Source: a virus (Duplodnaviria; Caudoviricetes). Taken from it: a DNA stretch of 64,000 bases. The notes under the pieces were generated by a model. It was given only the letters and a program-made list of their open reading frames with translations. It did no database searches and was not told the origin of the DNA. The position numbers were made by a program, and so were the translations under genes. The DNA lies in IMG/VR virus record IMGVR_UViG_3300020431_000005, positions 49,898-113,897 of that record. The stretch is one strand, 5' to 3'. Below, in pieces: positions 48,154 to 55,957 of the stretch (the stretch's first letter is position 1; every line of letters begins with the position of its first letter).

Positions 48154-48311
48154 TAAGATATTCTTTACCTGGTTGGAGGGAAGACCTCCTGCAGACAAAC
48201 CTACTCAATCAGGAGGAGAGAGATCTCCTCTCAAAGGGTCCGTCAAGTCTCGCTCAAGCGTGGAGAATGCAGGCAATAAAGTACAAATACGCGACCCATG
48301 GGACTGAATAA
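48150..48311 (+). CDS. Small hypothetical (53 aa, ...LSKGPSSLAQAWRMQAIKYKY), not in ORF track
   Basis: GTG overlaps the nrdB TGA; read manually. Confidence 0.55.
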   Translation: MIRYSLPGWREDLLQTNLLNQEERDLLSKGPSSLAQAWRMQAIKYKYATHGTE

Positions 48312-48314
48312 ATA
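48307..48314 (+). promoter_or_regulatory. Late promoter
   Basis: AATAAATA followed by GGAGG. Confidence 0.55.
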
Positions 48315-48328
48315 ATGGAGGTTATATC

Positions 48329-48715
48329 ATGAGTATGTGGCAGAAAATAAAGAGTATCCGAATCCCTGGATCTATCGTGGGAGCGTCTTTGACGGGTCTC
48401 TTATTGGGAACAACTATGGTTTTGTTTACAAGATTACCTGTAGCACCACCAACCGTTCCTACATCGGTAGAAAATACTTCTGGCAAAAACGAAAGCCTAG
48501 AGATACTGGTCAAACTACCAGACGGCGAAGAGTTACTAGTGAAAGTGACTGGAGAAAGTACTATGGAAGTTGTCCAGAGCTTACAGATGATGTTAAAAAA
48601 TATGGACGGGATGCTTTTGCTAGAGAGATCCTCTCCTTACACACCACACCAGGACGAGTCAACTATGAGGAGACCCGTCAACTCTTCGTCAACAACGTTC
48701 TTACCGAGAGCTTGA
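48329..48715 (+). CDS. Candidate overprinted membrane protein (128 aa)
   Basis: GGAGG 7 nt before the ATG; basic N-terminus then TM helix; lies almost wholly inside the GIY-YIG gene in another frame. Confidence 0.4.
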   Translation: MSMWQKIKSIRIPGSIVGASLTGLLLGTTMVLFTRLPVAPPTVPTSVENTSGKNESLEILVKLPDGEELLVKVTGESTMEVVQSLQMMLKNMDGMLLLERSSPYTPHQDESTMRRPVNSSSTTFLPRA

Positions 48716-48816
48716 CAGACCACACCCCCACCTACTATAATAGCAACATACTCGGACGCTACTACAGGAAAGACTATTTTGATTTTGGAAACGATTCTGG
48801 CGTTGACGCCTGCTGA
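48337..48816 (+). CDS. GIY-YIG family endonuclease (T4 endonuclease II/DenA-like)
   Basis: GFVY..T....RSYIGRK, YYGS, FAREIL, YEE, YYNSNI. Confidence 0.8.
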   Translation: MAENKEYPNPWIYRGSVFDGSLIGNNYGFVYKITCSTTNRSYIGRKYFWQKRKPRDTGQTTRRRRVTSESDWRKYYGSCPELTDDVKKYGRDAFAREILSLHTTPGRVNYEETRQLFVNNVLTESLTDHTPTYYNSNILGRYYRKDYFDFGNDSGVDAC

Positions 48817-49168
48817 CTACGACCACCTTGCACGAGCAGTGCAAGTTGAAGCAGCAATTAATACTAATGATGAATACTGTGTTGCGGTTTCTATCCTTAA
48901 CCGTGTGAATTCACAATACTTTCCTAACACTGTTGCCGATGTAGTCTATGCTCCTGGACAATACGAAGGTTTCTTATACCGTCGTCCAGCTGCTAAACCT
49001 AGTGTTGTTGCTAAGTTAAAAAACACAGACAAACTTCTGGAAGCATACTCGATTATTGGCGATAGAACCAGTTTCAAAGGACAACGTATGTTGCCTTATC
49101 GTGTAGTTGCAGAAGATCCCATGTGTGATCGCAAAGGAAACTTTTACCATTACCATTGGCAAAGTTGA
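48779..49168 (+). CDS. Cell-wall hydrolase (SleB/Hydrolase_2-like)
   Basis: LARAVQVEA, VAVSILNRV...FPNTVADVVY.PGQY. Confidence 0.82.
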   Translation: MILETILALTPADYDHLARAVQVEAAINTNDEYCVAVSILNRVNSQYFPNTVADVVYAPGQYEGFLYRRPAAKPSVVAKLKNTDKLLEAYSIIGDRTSFKGQRMLPYRVVAEDPMCDRKGNFYHYHWQS

Positions 49169-49176
49169 AAAGATAT

Positions 49177-49253
<77 letters not shown>

Positions 49254-49335
49254 GTCGGTATGGCGGAATTGGTAGACGCGCCAGGTTTAGGTTCTGGTGT
49301 CTTATGACGTGGAGGTTCAAGTCCTCTTACCGACA
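49254..49335 (+). tRNA. tRNA-Leu(TAG)
   Basis: Acceptor GTCGGTA/TACCGAC, anticodon loop TTTAGGT, long variable arm. Confidence 0.93.
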
Positions 49336-49338
49336 CTC

Positions 49339-49410
49339 GCTCGAATAGCTCAGAGGTAGAGCACCTCCTTTACACGGAGATTGTCGGGGGTTCGATCCCC
49401 TCTTCGAGCA
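49339..49410 (+). tRNA. tRNA-Val(TAC)
   Basis: Acceptor GCTCGAA/TTCGAGC, anticodon loop TTTACAC. Confidence 0.93.
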
Positions 49411-49438
49411 TTACTCATATGAGGTTAAATGCTTACAA

Positions 49439-49687
49439 ATGTTATCCGCAAGATGTAAAATGTGTGGCAAAGAACTGACAAGCACCAGCAAAGTTCAGTT
49501 CTGTGGATGTCCAAATCAGATGAAAGTCGTAGACGATACAGTAGGAGCGATTGACTTGGGTCAAGTAGTCCTTACAAATTATGACAAAAAGATTAAATAT
49601 CATGGTATGCTGACACCAGATGACCTAAAATACCAGGAGGAACGACGCCAACGTAAGGTCCGTCGCATTAATTTTGAGGAACGCTAA
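49439..49687 (+). CDS. Hypothetical Zn-binding protein
   Basis: CKMC...CGCPN. Confidence 0.65.
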   Translation: MLSARCKMCGKELTSTSKVQFCGCPNQMKVVDDTVGAIDLGQVVLTNYDKKIKYHGMLTPDDLKYQEERRQRKVRRINFEER

Positions 49688-49893
49688 TGATTAATCTAGA
49701 CGCTCGTTATCACGAATACTTACATAGCAATAAATGCTTTACTATCGATGGAGCATGTGAGAAAGTAATTGCTTACGGGTGGACAGATGATGGTTCGACC
49801 ATTGATGGGTATTATGTCTTGACAAAGAACTATAAACTCCAGTATAATATGAAAGAACAATGTATCTCGATGCAGCAACGCATCGGAGTGTAA
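49687..49893 (+). CDS. Hypothetical protein
   Basis: 68 aa, coupled start. Confidence 0.6.
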   Translation: MINLDARYHEYLHSNKCFTIDGACEKVIAYGWTDDGSTIDGYYVLTKNYKLQYNMKEQCISMQQRIGV

Positions 49894-49907
49894 TTAACCT
49901 ACCGAAT

Positions 49908-50555
49908 ATGAAAATTTTCCTAGACACTGCTGACTTTGACGCCATTTCTGAACGCTATGAGACTGGTCTAGTCGATGGTATCACTACAAATCCTACACTA
50001 GTTCGTAAGTCTGGTGTAAACTACCTTGACTTTATTAAGACACTTGCTTCTGAATTTCAGTTTGAAAGCATTTCTGCTGAAGTTGATGGAGATACTGATG
50101 TAGAAATGATTCGTAATGCTCAACAGTATATTGAGATTGGAGAAAACGTTACTATCAAACTGCCTCTCACTAAAGATGGGTTATCTGCATGTAAAGTTCT
50201 CACTGATGATGGTATTGAAACTAATGTTACGTTATGCTTTAGTGCTGCTCAGGCAGTGATGGCAGCGAAGGCAGGTGCCACATACGTTTCTCCATTTGTA
50301 GGACGTATGAATGACAATTCACTCAGTGGTGTTGAACTTGTTCGTGCTATCTCTGGATTGTATTGCGCTCATGGTGTTCGCACCAAGATCCTTGCTGCCA
50401 GTTTGAGAGATGTCCACCATGTCTCGCGTTGCTTCCTCTATGGTGCTAGTGTATGCACACTACCACCTGCTGTGTTCGACAAGATGTATAACCATGTCCT
50501 GACCGATTCTGGTCTGGCAATTTTTGAAAAAGATTTTAAGGAGATCAATGGTTGA
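49908..50555 (+). CDS. talC: Transaldolase (TalC/MipB family)
   Basis: MKIFLDTAD, GITTNPTL, Schiff-base Lys in TIKLP, NVTLCFS, YVSPFVGR, LAASLR. Confidence 0.95.
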   Translation: MKIFLDTADFDAISERYETGLVDGITTNPTLVRKSGVNYLDFIKTLASEFQFESISAEVDGDTDVEMIRNAQQYIEIGENVTIKLPLTKDGLSACKVLTDDGIETNVTLCFSAAQAVMAAKAGATYVSPFVGRMNDNSLSGVELVRAISGLYCAHGVRTKILAASLRDVHHVSRCFLYGASVCTLPPAVFDKMYNHVLTDSGLAIFEKDFKEING

Positions 50556-50751
50556 AGTCCCGTTTGCTGAATTTGAAAAAGACTTTGATGCCTACATGGA
50601 TCGCATTGAAGCAGGCGAAAAATTTATTGTTCGCAAACCAGATGGAACTGCTGTCATGGCAGTCCCTGCTGAAGAATACAAAGAACTAGCAGATCAAGTT
50701 ACTGATCTTGACTGGGAAGATATGATGACAACACATGATGATGCTAGTTAA
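50548..50751 (+). CDS. Phd/YefM antitoxin-like protein
   Basis: VPFAEFEKDFDAYMDRIEAGEKFIVRKPDGTAVMAVPAEEY fits the Phd/YefM N-terminal pattern; acidic tail. Confidence 0.6.
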   Translation: MVEVPFAEFEKDFDAYMDRIEAGEKFIVRKPDGTAVMAVPAEEYKELADQVTDLDWEDMMTTHDDAS

Positions 50752-51148
50752 AAAATTAATCTCTAAGTATATCTCTTTAATCCAAAAGATTCCAGAGAGA
50801 CATTATTGGCCTATCTTTGTGTTCCTGTCTCTATACTTCATCGTTCCGATGAGTGAGATCACAGTTACATTAACAGCAATTCTTTACTTCAAGTTTGAAA
50901 AGAAGATTGCTCCTGTGATAGGCAAATTCACCAAGAGACTTCCTAACTGGTTGAGGTTTGGTGGCGGTCTCGTCTTCTTCCTTGTGATGATTGATGATAC
51001 ATTGTTCTACTTTGCTCTGATTGCTCTAGCATTCTGGAGCAGCAAGCAGGTCAAAAAGAAAACTGTCCCACCCCCTTTACATGACGATGAGGAGGTGCTA
51101 CAATATGGAAGTAACAAGGAACCTGATGAAACCAACCGTCATTCTTGA
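50735..51148 (+). CDS. Multi-TM membrane protein
   Basis: Several hydrophobic segments. Confidence 0.6.
   Translation: MMMLVKKLISKYISLIQKIPERHYWPIFVFLSLYFIVPMSEITVTLTAILYFKFEKKIAPVIGKFTKRLPNWLRFGGGLVFFLVMIDDTLFYFALIALAFWSSKQVKKKTVPPPLHDDEEVLQYGSNKEPDETNRHS
51076..51104 (+). promoter_or_regulatory. Sigma70-type promoter with upstream AACTGTCC box
   Basis: TTTACA, 17 nt, TG-c-TACAAT. Confidence 0.6.
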
Positions 51149-51386
51149 GAGATCTCCCTACCGCTACGTTCAGTGCGGTCTTCTGGAGATCAATGGTAGA
51201 CCTGACTACCGCATTCAAAAAATGAATGAATGGACTAAGCGTTATACAGACATGTATTTCCTTGACAATCAGATGCAACTGGACACTTGCCTTGAAGATC
51301 CAGAGTATACCAAATGGTTAGACCCTGATCCCGATGTATGTGCCTATCGTAAATTCAATTCTGTGAGAAATCCCTATGTCAATTAA
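51126..51386 (+). CDS. Conserved cyanophage hypothetical
   Basis: ILERSPYRYVQCG...PDYRIQK...DNQMQLD; AAGGA SD. Confidence 0.7.
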   Translation: MKPTVILERSPYRYVQCGLLEINGRPDYRIQKMNEWTKRYTDMYFLDNQMQLDTCLEDPEYTKWLDPDPDVCAYRKFNSVRNPYVN

Positions 51387-51708
51387 GTCTCATCTCGAAA
51401 AAGCAGAAGACTCTGCTCGTCAAGCACTTATCAACGCTCTTGCTGAGGGCGAGGATTATTATCTCACTGACCTCTTTAATTTACTAAATGATGTTCGTGA
51501 GTTAAATAAAAAAGTTGGTAATACTATTCGTTTTACTGACAACTCAACACAATGGGAAAGCGATAGACTTGAATATAATTTCAATTTGTCGTCTGATTAT
51601 CTCAACCGTCCTGGTGGTGATATGGATGCCCTAGATAACGTTCTTGATTTCCCTAAAGGAGATATCATTATCAATACATCTGATGATGATACTATCACCT
51701 TCAGTTAG
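51376..51708 (+). CDS. Hypothetical protein
   Basis: 110 aa, overlapping start. Confidence 0.6.
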   Translation: MSIKSHLEKAEDSARQALINALAEGEDYYLTDLFNLLNDVRELNKKVGNTIRFTDNSTQWESDRLEYNFNLSSDYLNRPGGDMDALDNVLDFPKGDIIINTSDDDTITFS

Positions 51709-51882
51709 TCTCGGTAGGACTATAAACTAGCCCTGGTGCGGGTGATTACGTTGCCGCCTGGTTTCTACATTCCAGTTAAAGATGTAGTGGTGGTGCCAAA
51801 CCCCTTCCGTGTGGCTGTTTTCTTGTTTAGCAGTTAAAATAATAAAACAAGTGGCGTGCATGTGCTCGGGGTTGACAACCCC
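51706..51882 (+). ncRNA. Structured RNA, likely the manA RNA motif family of cyanophages
   Basis: Structured intergenic region with hairpins TAGTC/GACTA, GCGG/CCGC and GGGGTT/AACCCC plus two similar pseudoknot modules; family assignment from recall. Confidence 0.65.
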
Positions 51883-51909
51883 AACTTTACAAAATTCTCT
51901 CTTCTATCC

Positions 51910-52461
51910 ATGGCAAAAAATAATGGAATTTATTTAATTCCATCTGGAATTGACCAATCTGTATCCAATGTCATACAAAAACAACTTGCTGATTCTTCTC
52001 TCGTAGAAGGAAAACTTCAGGATGATATACTTGACAAACAAATTCGTAATGTTTCTGTTTCTTGGATTAATACAGATCATTGGATTTCTGGAATGTTAGC
52101 ACATTTTATTTCTGTTGCAAATAAAGATCATTTCCATTATGATCTACATGGGTGGGCTGATAGAATACAGTATAGTGTATACGATGGGAAAGGAACAGGA
52201 TATAGATGGCATAATGATCATCAAAAATCTGTTTACTATACTGATATGGTGAGAAAATTGAGTATTAGTTTGTGTCTAAGCGATGATTACGAAGGAGGAG
52301 AATTTCAAATTTATGATCATGACATTGAACTAAGTACATTTAAAATGAAATCTGGTGATGTTGTAATTTTTTCTTCAGAAATGATGCATCGTGTGAGACC
52401 TATTAAATCTGGATGTAGATCATCATTAGTTGGATGGTATGCTGGTCCTAACTACAAATAA
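51910..52461 (+). CDS. 2OG-Fe(II) oxygenase (PKHD-type)
   Basis: YRWHND, RKLSISLCLS.DYEGGEF, HRVRP, RSSLVGW..GP. Confidence 0.88.
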   Translation: MAKNNGIYLIPSGIDQSVSNVIQKQLADSSLVEGKLQDDILDKQIRNVSVSWINTDHWISGMLAHFISVANKDHFHYDLHGWADRIQYSVYDGKGTGYRWHNDHQKSVYYTDMVRKLSISLCLSDDYEGGEFQIYDHDIELSTFKMKSGDVVIFSSEMMHRVRPIKSGCRSSLVGWYAGPNYK

Positions 52462-52476
52462 CCCTTCGGGGTTTTT
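52460..52476 (+). terminator. Short cUUCGg hairpin, terminator-like
   Basis: AACCC-TTCG-GGGTT-TTT directly before tRNA-Gly. Confidence 0.55.
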
Positions 52477-52478
52477 CT

Positions 52479-52550
52479 GCGGGTGTAGCTCAGTGGTAGA
52501 GCGTCAGTTTTCCAAACTGAATGTCGTCGGTTCAAGTCCGATCTCCCGCT
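52479..52550 (+). tRNA. tRNA-Gly(TCC)
   Basis: Acceptor GCGGGTG/CTCCCGC (one T-T mismatch), anticodon loop TTTCCAA, GTTCAAGTC. Confidence 0.92.
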
Positions 52551-52552
52551 TT

Positions 52553-52560
52553 AATAAATA
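52553..52560 (+). promoter_or_regulatory. Late promoter
   Basis: AATAAATA before the structural gene cluster. Confidence 0.6.
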
Positions 52561-52597
52561 CTTCTAGCTTAGAAATAGTGTCTTCAGGACTGGAAGT

Positions 52598-54955
52598 ATG
52601 TCAAAAATTCTTGCAAACCAAATTGCCAACTACGGGGATAACTCTCCGGTTGAGGTGAAGGAGGGTGTAAATATTCCTGCTGGAAAACCATTACAGACTG
52701 GTGGTGTCAGTGGATCTTCTGGTCAAGTCCTTACATCAACTGGTACTTCTATTGAGTGGACGACACCTTTTAATGGTAGTTATCTTACTCTTACTAATAC
52801 ACCTTCAATTCCAGCAGCACAAGTTAAAGCAGACTGGCTTGCTGTGGGATCTATTGATGAAATTTTAAATAAACCTGTTGTACCTGCTCAACCATCAATC
52901 GTAAACGCTGGTGCTAATGGTGGGGGAACTCTTTCATATGATACTGTAAATGGTCAGTTCACTTTTGAATCTGCTGACTTATCTTCATATGCATTAACAA
53001 CTTCTTTAGCAAATTCTGGCAATTGGGACAGTGCATATGGTTGGGGTAATCATGCCTCTGCTGGATATTTAACTACAGAAACAGACCCACAGTTTAGTAA
53101 TTGGTATACTAATTCTGGCGCTGCTGGAATTACTACTACATCAATCAATCAGTGGAGCACTGCATATGGTTGGGGAGATCATTCTACTGGGGGTTATCTG
53201 ACATTTGAATCTGATACTCTTGCTAATGTAACTGGTAGAGGTGCTAGCACTAATAGTAATCTTACTTTTAATGGCACTGTAGAGTTTTATGATTCTGTTG
53301 AATTTAAAGGAACTAGCGGAGCTAGTTCAGTACACATGTATGATGAGAATGGAATTTATTTTGGTGATCAAAATGATGGAGAAATAATTTATAATAGTAC
53401 TGGAAATATTATTAAATTTGGACGATCTGGAAGTGCTGGTGAAATAGAAATTAATGCTACACCTATTACACTTAAGCATACTAGTAATACGAAATTACAA
53501 ACAACAGAAACTGGTGTAGATATCACTGGAAACCTTTCTGTAACTGGCACAACTGATATAGACATTGAAGATTTAAATAATGTTAATATTGGCGGTGGAT
53601 TATCTGATCAACAGGTTCTCAAGTGGGATGCTGCGTCCACTTCATGGAAACCTGCAAACGATTTAGTTGGTGGTCAGTCTGCTATTGAACTTGCTGATTT
53701 GTCTGTAGCATCAGCACCAGTTGGAACAGCAGGACTAGCATACAACAATACTAACGGTGTGTTTACATATACACCACCAGATTTAACTGATTTTATTAGT
53801 GATACTGATTTTGGCGCTGAAGGTCTGATGACTACAGATGGTTCTGGAACCTATAGTATTACTATCAATGCTTCAGCAAACTGGAATACTGCATATGGTT
53901 GGGGAAATCATTCTACCCAAGGTTATCTAACAACAGAAACTGATCCTGTATTCACTGCTCATGTAGCATCTGGTATTCTGCAGACAAATATCAACAACTG
54001 GAACGCTGCATATGGATGGAGTGATCATTCTTTAGCAGGTTATGCAACTACAACTGAACTTAATACAGCTGTAGCAAACGCTGCTAATTGGGATACAGCA
54101 TATGGGTGGGGTGATCATAGTGTTGCTGGATATTTAACAGCAGAAACACAAACATTAGATGCGGTTCTAACACTTGGAGCAACAACTACACAAGATATTA
54201 CTACTACTGGTAAAGTATATTTCTCTAACAACTTTGCCACGCTTGGAGATCTTCCAAACGCAACTACTTATCATGGTATGTTCGCTCACGTTCATGCTGA
54301 AAATCATGGATACTTCGCACATGCTGGTGCTTGGACACAACTATTAGACACTGGTTCTTCTATTGGTGAACTAGCAGATGTAGATTTAACTGTAGCGCCA
54401 ACAACAGGTCAAGTTCTTAAGTGGAATGGATCTAATTGGATTGCTGATGATGATGATTCTGGAAACATTGTCGCCAATGCATCTATCCAGGACACTGCTC
54501 CTGGTTCTGCTACTATTGGTGATCTGTGGTGGGAGAGTGATACAGGACGCTTAAAGATCTACTACAATGATACGGACAGCTCGCAGTGGGTTGATGCTTC
54601 ACCACCACTAACAAATCAAAATGTACCTTTGTACGTTGGTGAGTTAGAACTTTATAACTCTGGAACTCAAGTACAGTGGGTAGGTAATAATGGTGTGACA
54701 GTATCACTTAGAACTGCTGAAGGTGGTGGTGGATTCCAAAGTGATTATGTTAGAGTCAGTTTCCCAACAGCATTCGGTAGCATCAATGATTACGCAGTTC
54801 AAGCTACGGTATGTGATCCTGCCACAGTAGGGCACATTTACGGACACTCTATTCGTAAAACCAATCCACAATATTTTGATATGTTAATTTATAATTTGAC
54901 ATCATCTGCTAATGCTACACAGGCAACAGTTGCTATTACAATCTACGCAATCTAA
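52598..54955 (+). CDS. Tail-fibre-like virion protein with internal repeats
   Basis: Thr/Gly-rich; five W.xAYGWxxH repeats; QVLKW and FTYTPPDL fibre modules. Confidence 0.75.
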   Translation: MSKILANQIANYGDNSPVEVKEGVNIPAGKPLQTGGVSGSSGQVLTSTGTSIEWTTPFNGSYLTLTNTPSIPAAQVKADWLAVGSIDEILNKPVVPAQPSIVNAGANGGGTLSYDTVNGQFTFESADLSSYALTTSLANSGNWDSAYGWGNHASAGYLTTETDPQFSNWYTNSGAAGITTTSINQWSTAYGWGDHSTGGYLTFESDTLANVTGRGASTNSNLTFNGTVEFYDSVEFKGTSGASSVHMYDENGIYFGDQNDGEIIYNSTGNIIKFGRSGSAGEIEINATPITLKHTSNTKLQTTETGVDITGNLSVTGTTDIDIEDLNNVNIGGGLSDQQVLKWDAASTSWKPANDLVGGQSAIELADLSVASAPVGTAGLAYNNTNGVFTYTPPDLTDFISDTDFGAEGLMTTDGSGTYSITINASANWNTAYGWGNHSTQGYLTTETDPVFTAHVASGILQTNINNWNAAYGWSDHSLAGYATTTELNTAVANAANWDTAYGWGDHSVAGYLTAETQTLDAVLTLGATTTQDITTTGKVYFSNNFATLGDLPNATTYHGMFAHVHAENHGYFAHAGAWTQLLDTGSSIGELADVDLTVAPTTGQVLKWNGSNWIADDDDSGNIVANASIQDTAPGSATIGDLWWESDTGRLKIYYNDTDSSQWVDASPPLTNQNVPLYVGELELYNSGTQVQWVGNNGVTVSLRTAEGGGGFQSDYVRVSFPTAFGSINDYAVQATVCDPATVGHIYGHSIRKTNPQYFDMLIYNLTSSANATQATVAITIYAI

Positions 54956-54981
54956 ATACTACGGAAGGAGCATCTTAAGAA

Positions 54982-55956
54982 ATGGCAATTAATTTTCCCT
55001 CAACAGCAGGGCAAGCAGTAGATGGAACATTTACCTATGTTGTAGCAGGTATTACTTACTCGTGGAATGGTGAGAGTTGGACTGCTGCTGGTAGTGGTGC
55101 TACTGCTACAGACTTAACAGTATTTGGCGTTGTTACTGCTGCAAATTCTGGAGATGGTTCTCTAACATATGATACTACCAATGGAGACTTTACGTTCACT
55201 CCACCAGATCTTTCAACTTACTTAACTGGTACAGGATCTATCAGTTCTCATACTGATGTAAACATTACCGGTCCTAATGCCAATCAGTTATTAGTATATG
55301 ATGGACCCAATTTAAGGTGGGAAAATAAAACTCCTGGATCTGGATCTGGGTTAGATGCGGACCTTCTGGATGGACAAGAAGGTACTTACTATAGTGATGC
55401 ATCAAATTTAACTACCGGAACGTTGAGTTCTAGTAGGTTATCTGGAACTTACAATATCAGTATTAATGGTTCTGCAAACTCAATTGCATCTGTAGATAGT
55501 ATTACAAATGTCAATATTACTAGTTTGTCTAATGGACAAACATTAGTTTATAATGGATCTAATTGGGTAAATTCTGACGCTACTGGAATTAGAAATACAG
55601 TTTCTTATACATCAACAAATTTATCAGACGCTTCTACATCCACTTTTGGTATTACAACACCAAATACTTACGCTCTATTAAAAGTAGAGTTATCTCATGC
55701 TGCGTGGGTGAGGTACTATGTTGATGCTACTAGCAGAACAAATGATTCTGCCCGAGATCAAACTACAGATCCATTACCTGGATCAGGTGTAATTGCAGAA
55801 GTAATTTCTTCTGGATCTACTACTCAATTAATTACTCCAGGGGTCATTGGTTTTAGTTCAACTCAAAATAATACTACTTATGTTTCTATAACTAATCTTA
55901 GTGGTTCTCAAGTTAATCTGCAGATGATATTAACATTTGTGCCATTGGAGGCTTGA
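54982..55956 (+). CDS. Virion structural/fibre protein
   Basis: MAINFP...Y.WNG..W start, GSGSGLDADLLDG, FTFTPPDL. Confidence 0.72.
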   Translation: MAINFPSTAGQAVDGTFTYVVAGITYSWNGESWTAAGSGATATDLTVFGVVTAANSGDGSLTYDTTNGDFTFTPPDLSTYLTGTGSISSHTDVNITGPNANQLLVYDGPNLRWENKTPGSGSGLDADLLDGQEGTYYSDASNLTTGTLSSSRLSGTYNISINGSANSIASVDSITNVNITSLSNGQTLVYNGSNWVNSDATGIRNTVSYTSTNLSDASTSTFGITTPNTYALLKVELSHAAWVRYYVDATSRTNDSARDQTTDPLPGSGVIAEVISSGSTTQLITPGVIGFSSTQNNTTYVSITNLSGSQVNLQMILTFVPLEA

Positions 55957-55957
55957 T

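Noticed and set aside
48098-48307. 69-aa track ORF after nrdB
   Set aside because: The frame 48150..48311, coupled to the nrdB stop by GTGA, is the more plausible gene
51856-51909. GTG start for the 2OG-Fe(II) oxygenase
   Set aside because: Lies inside the structured RNA; ATG 51910 is more plausible
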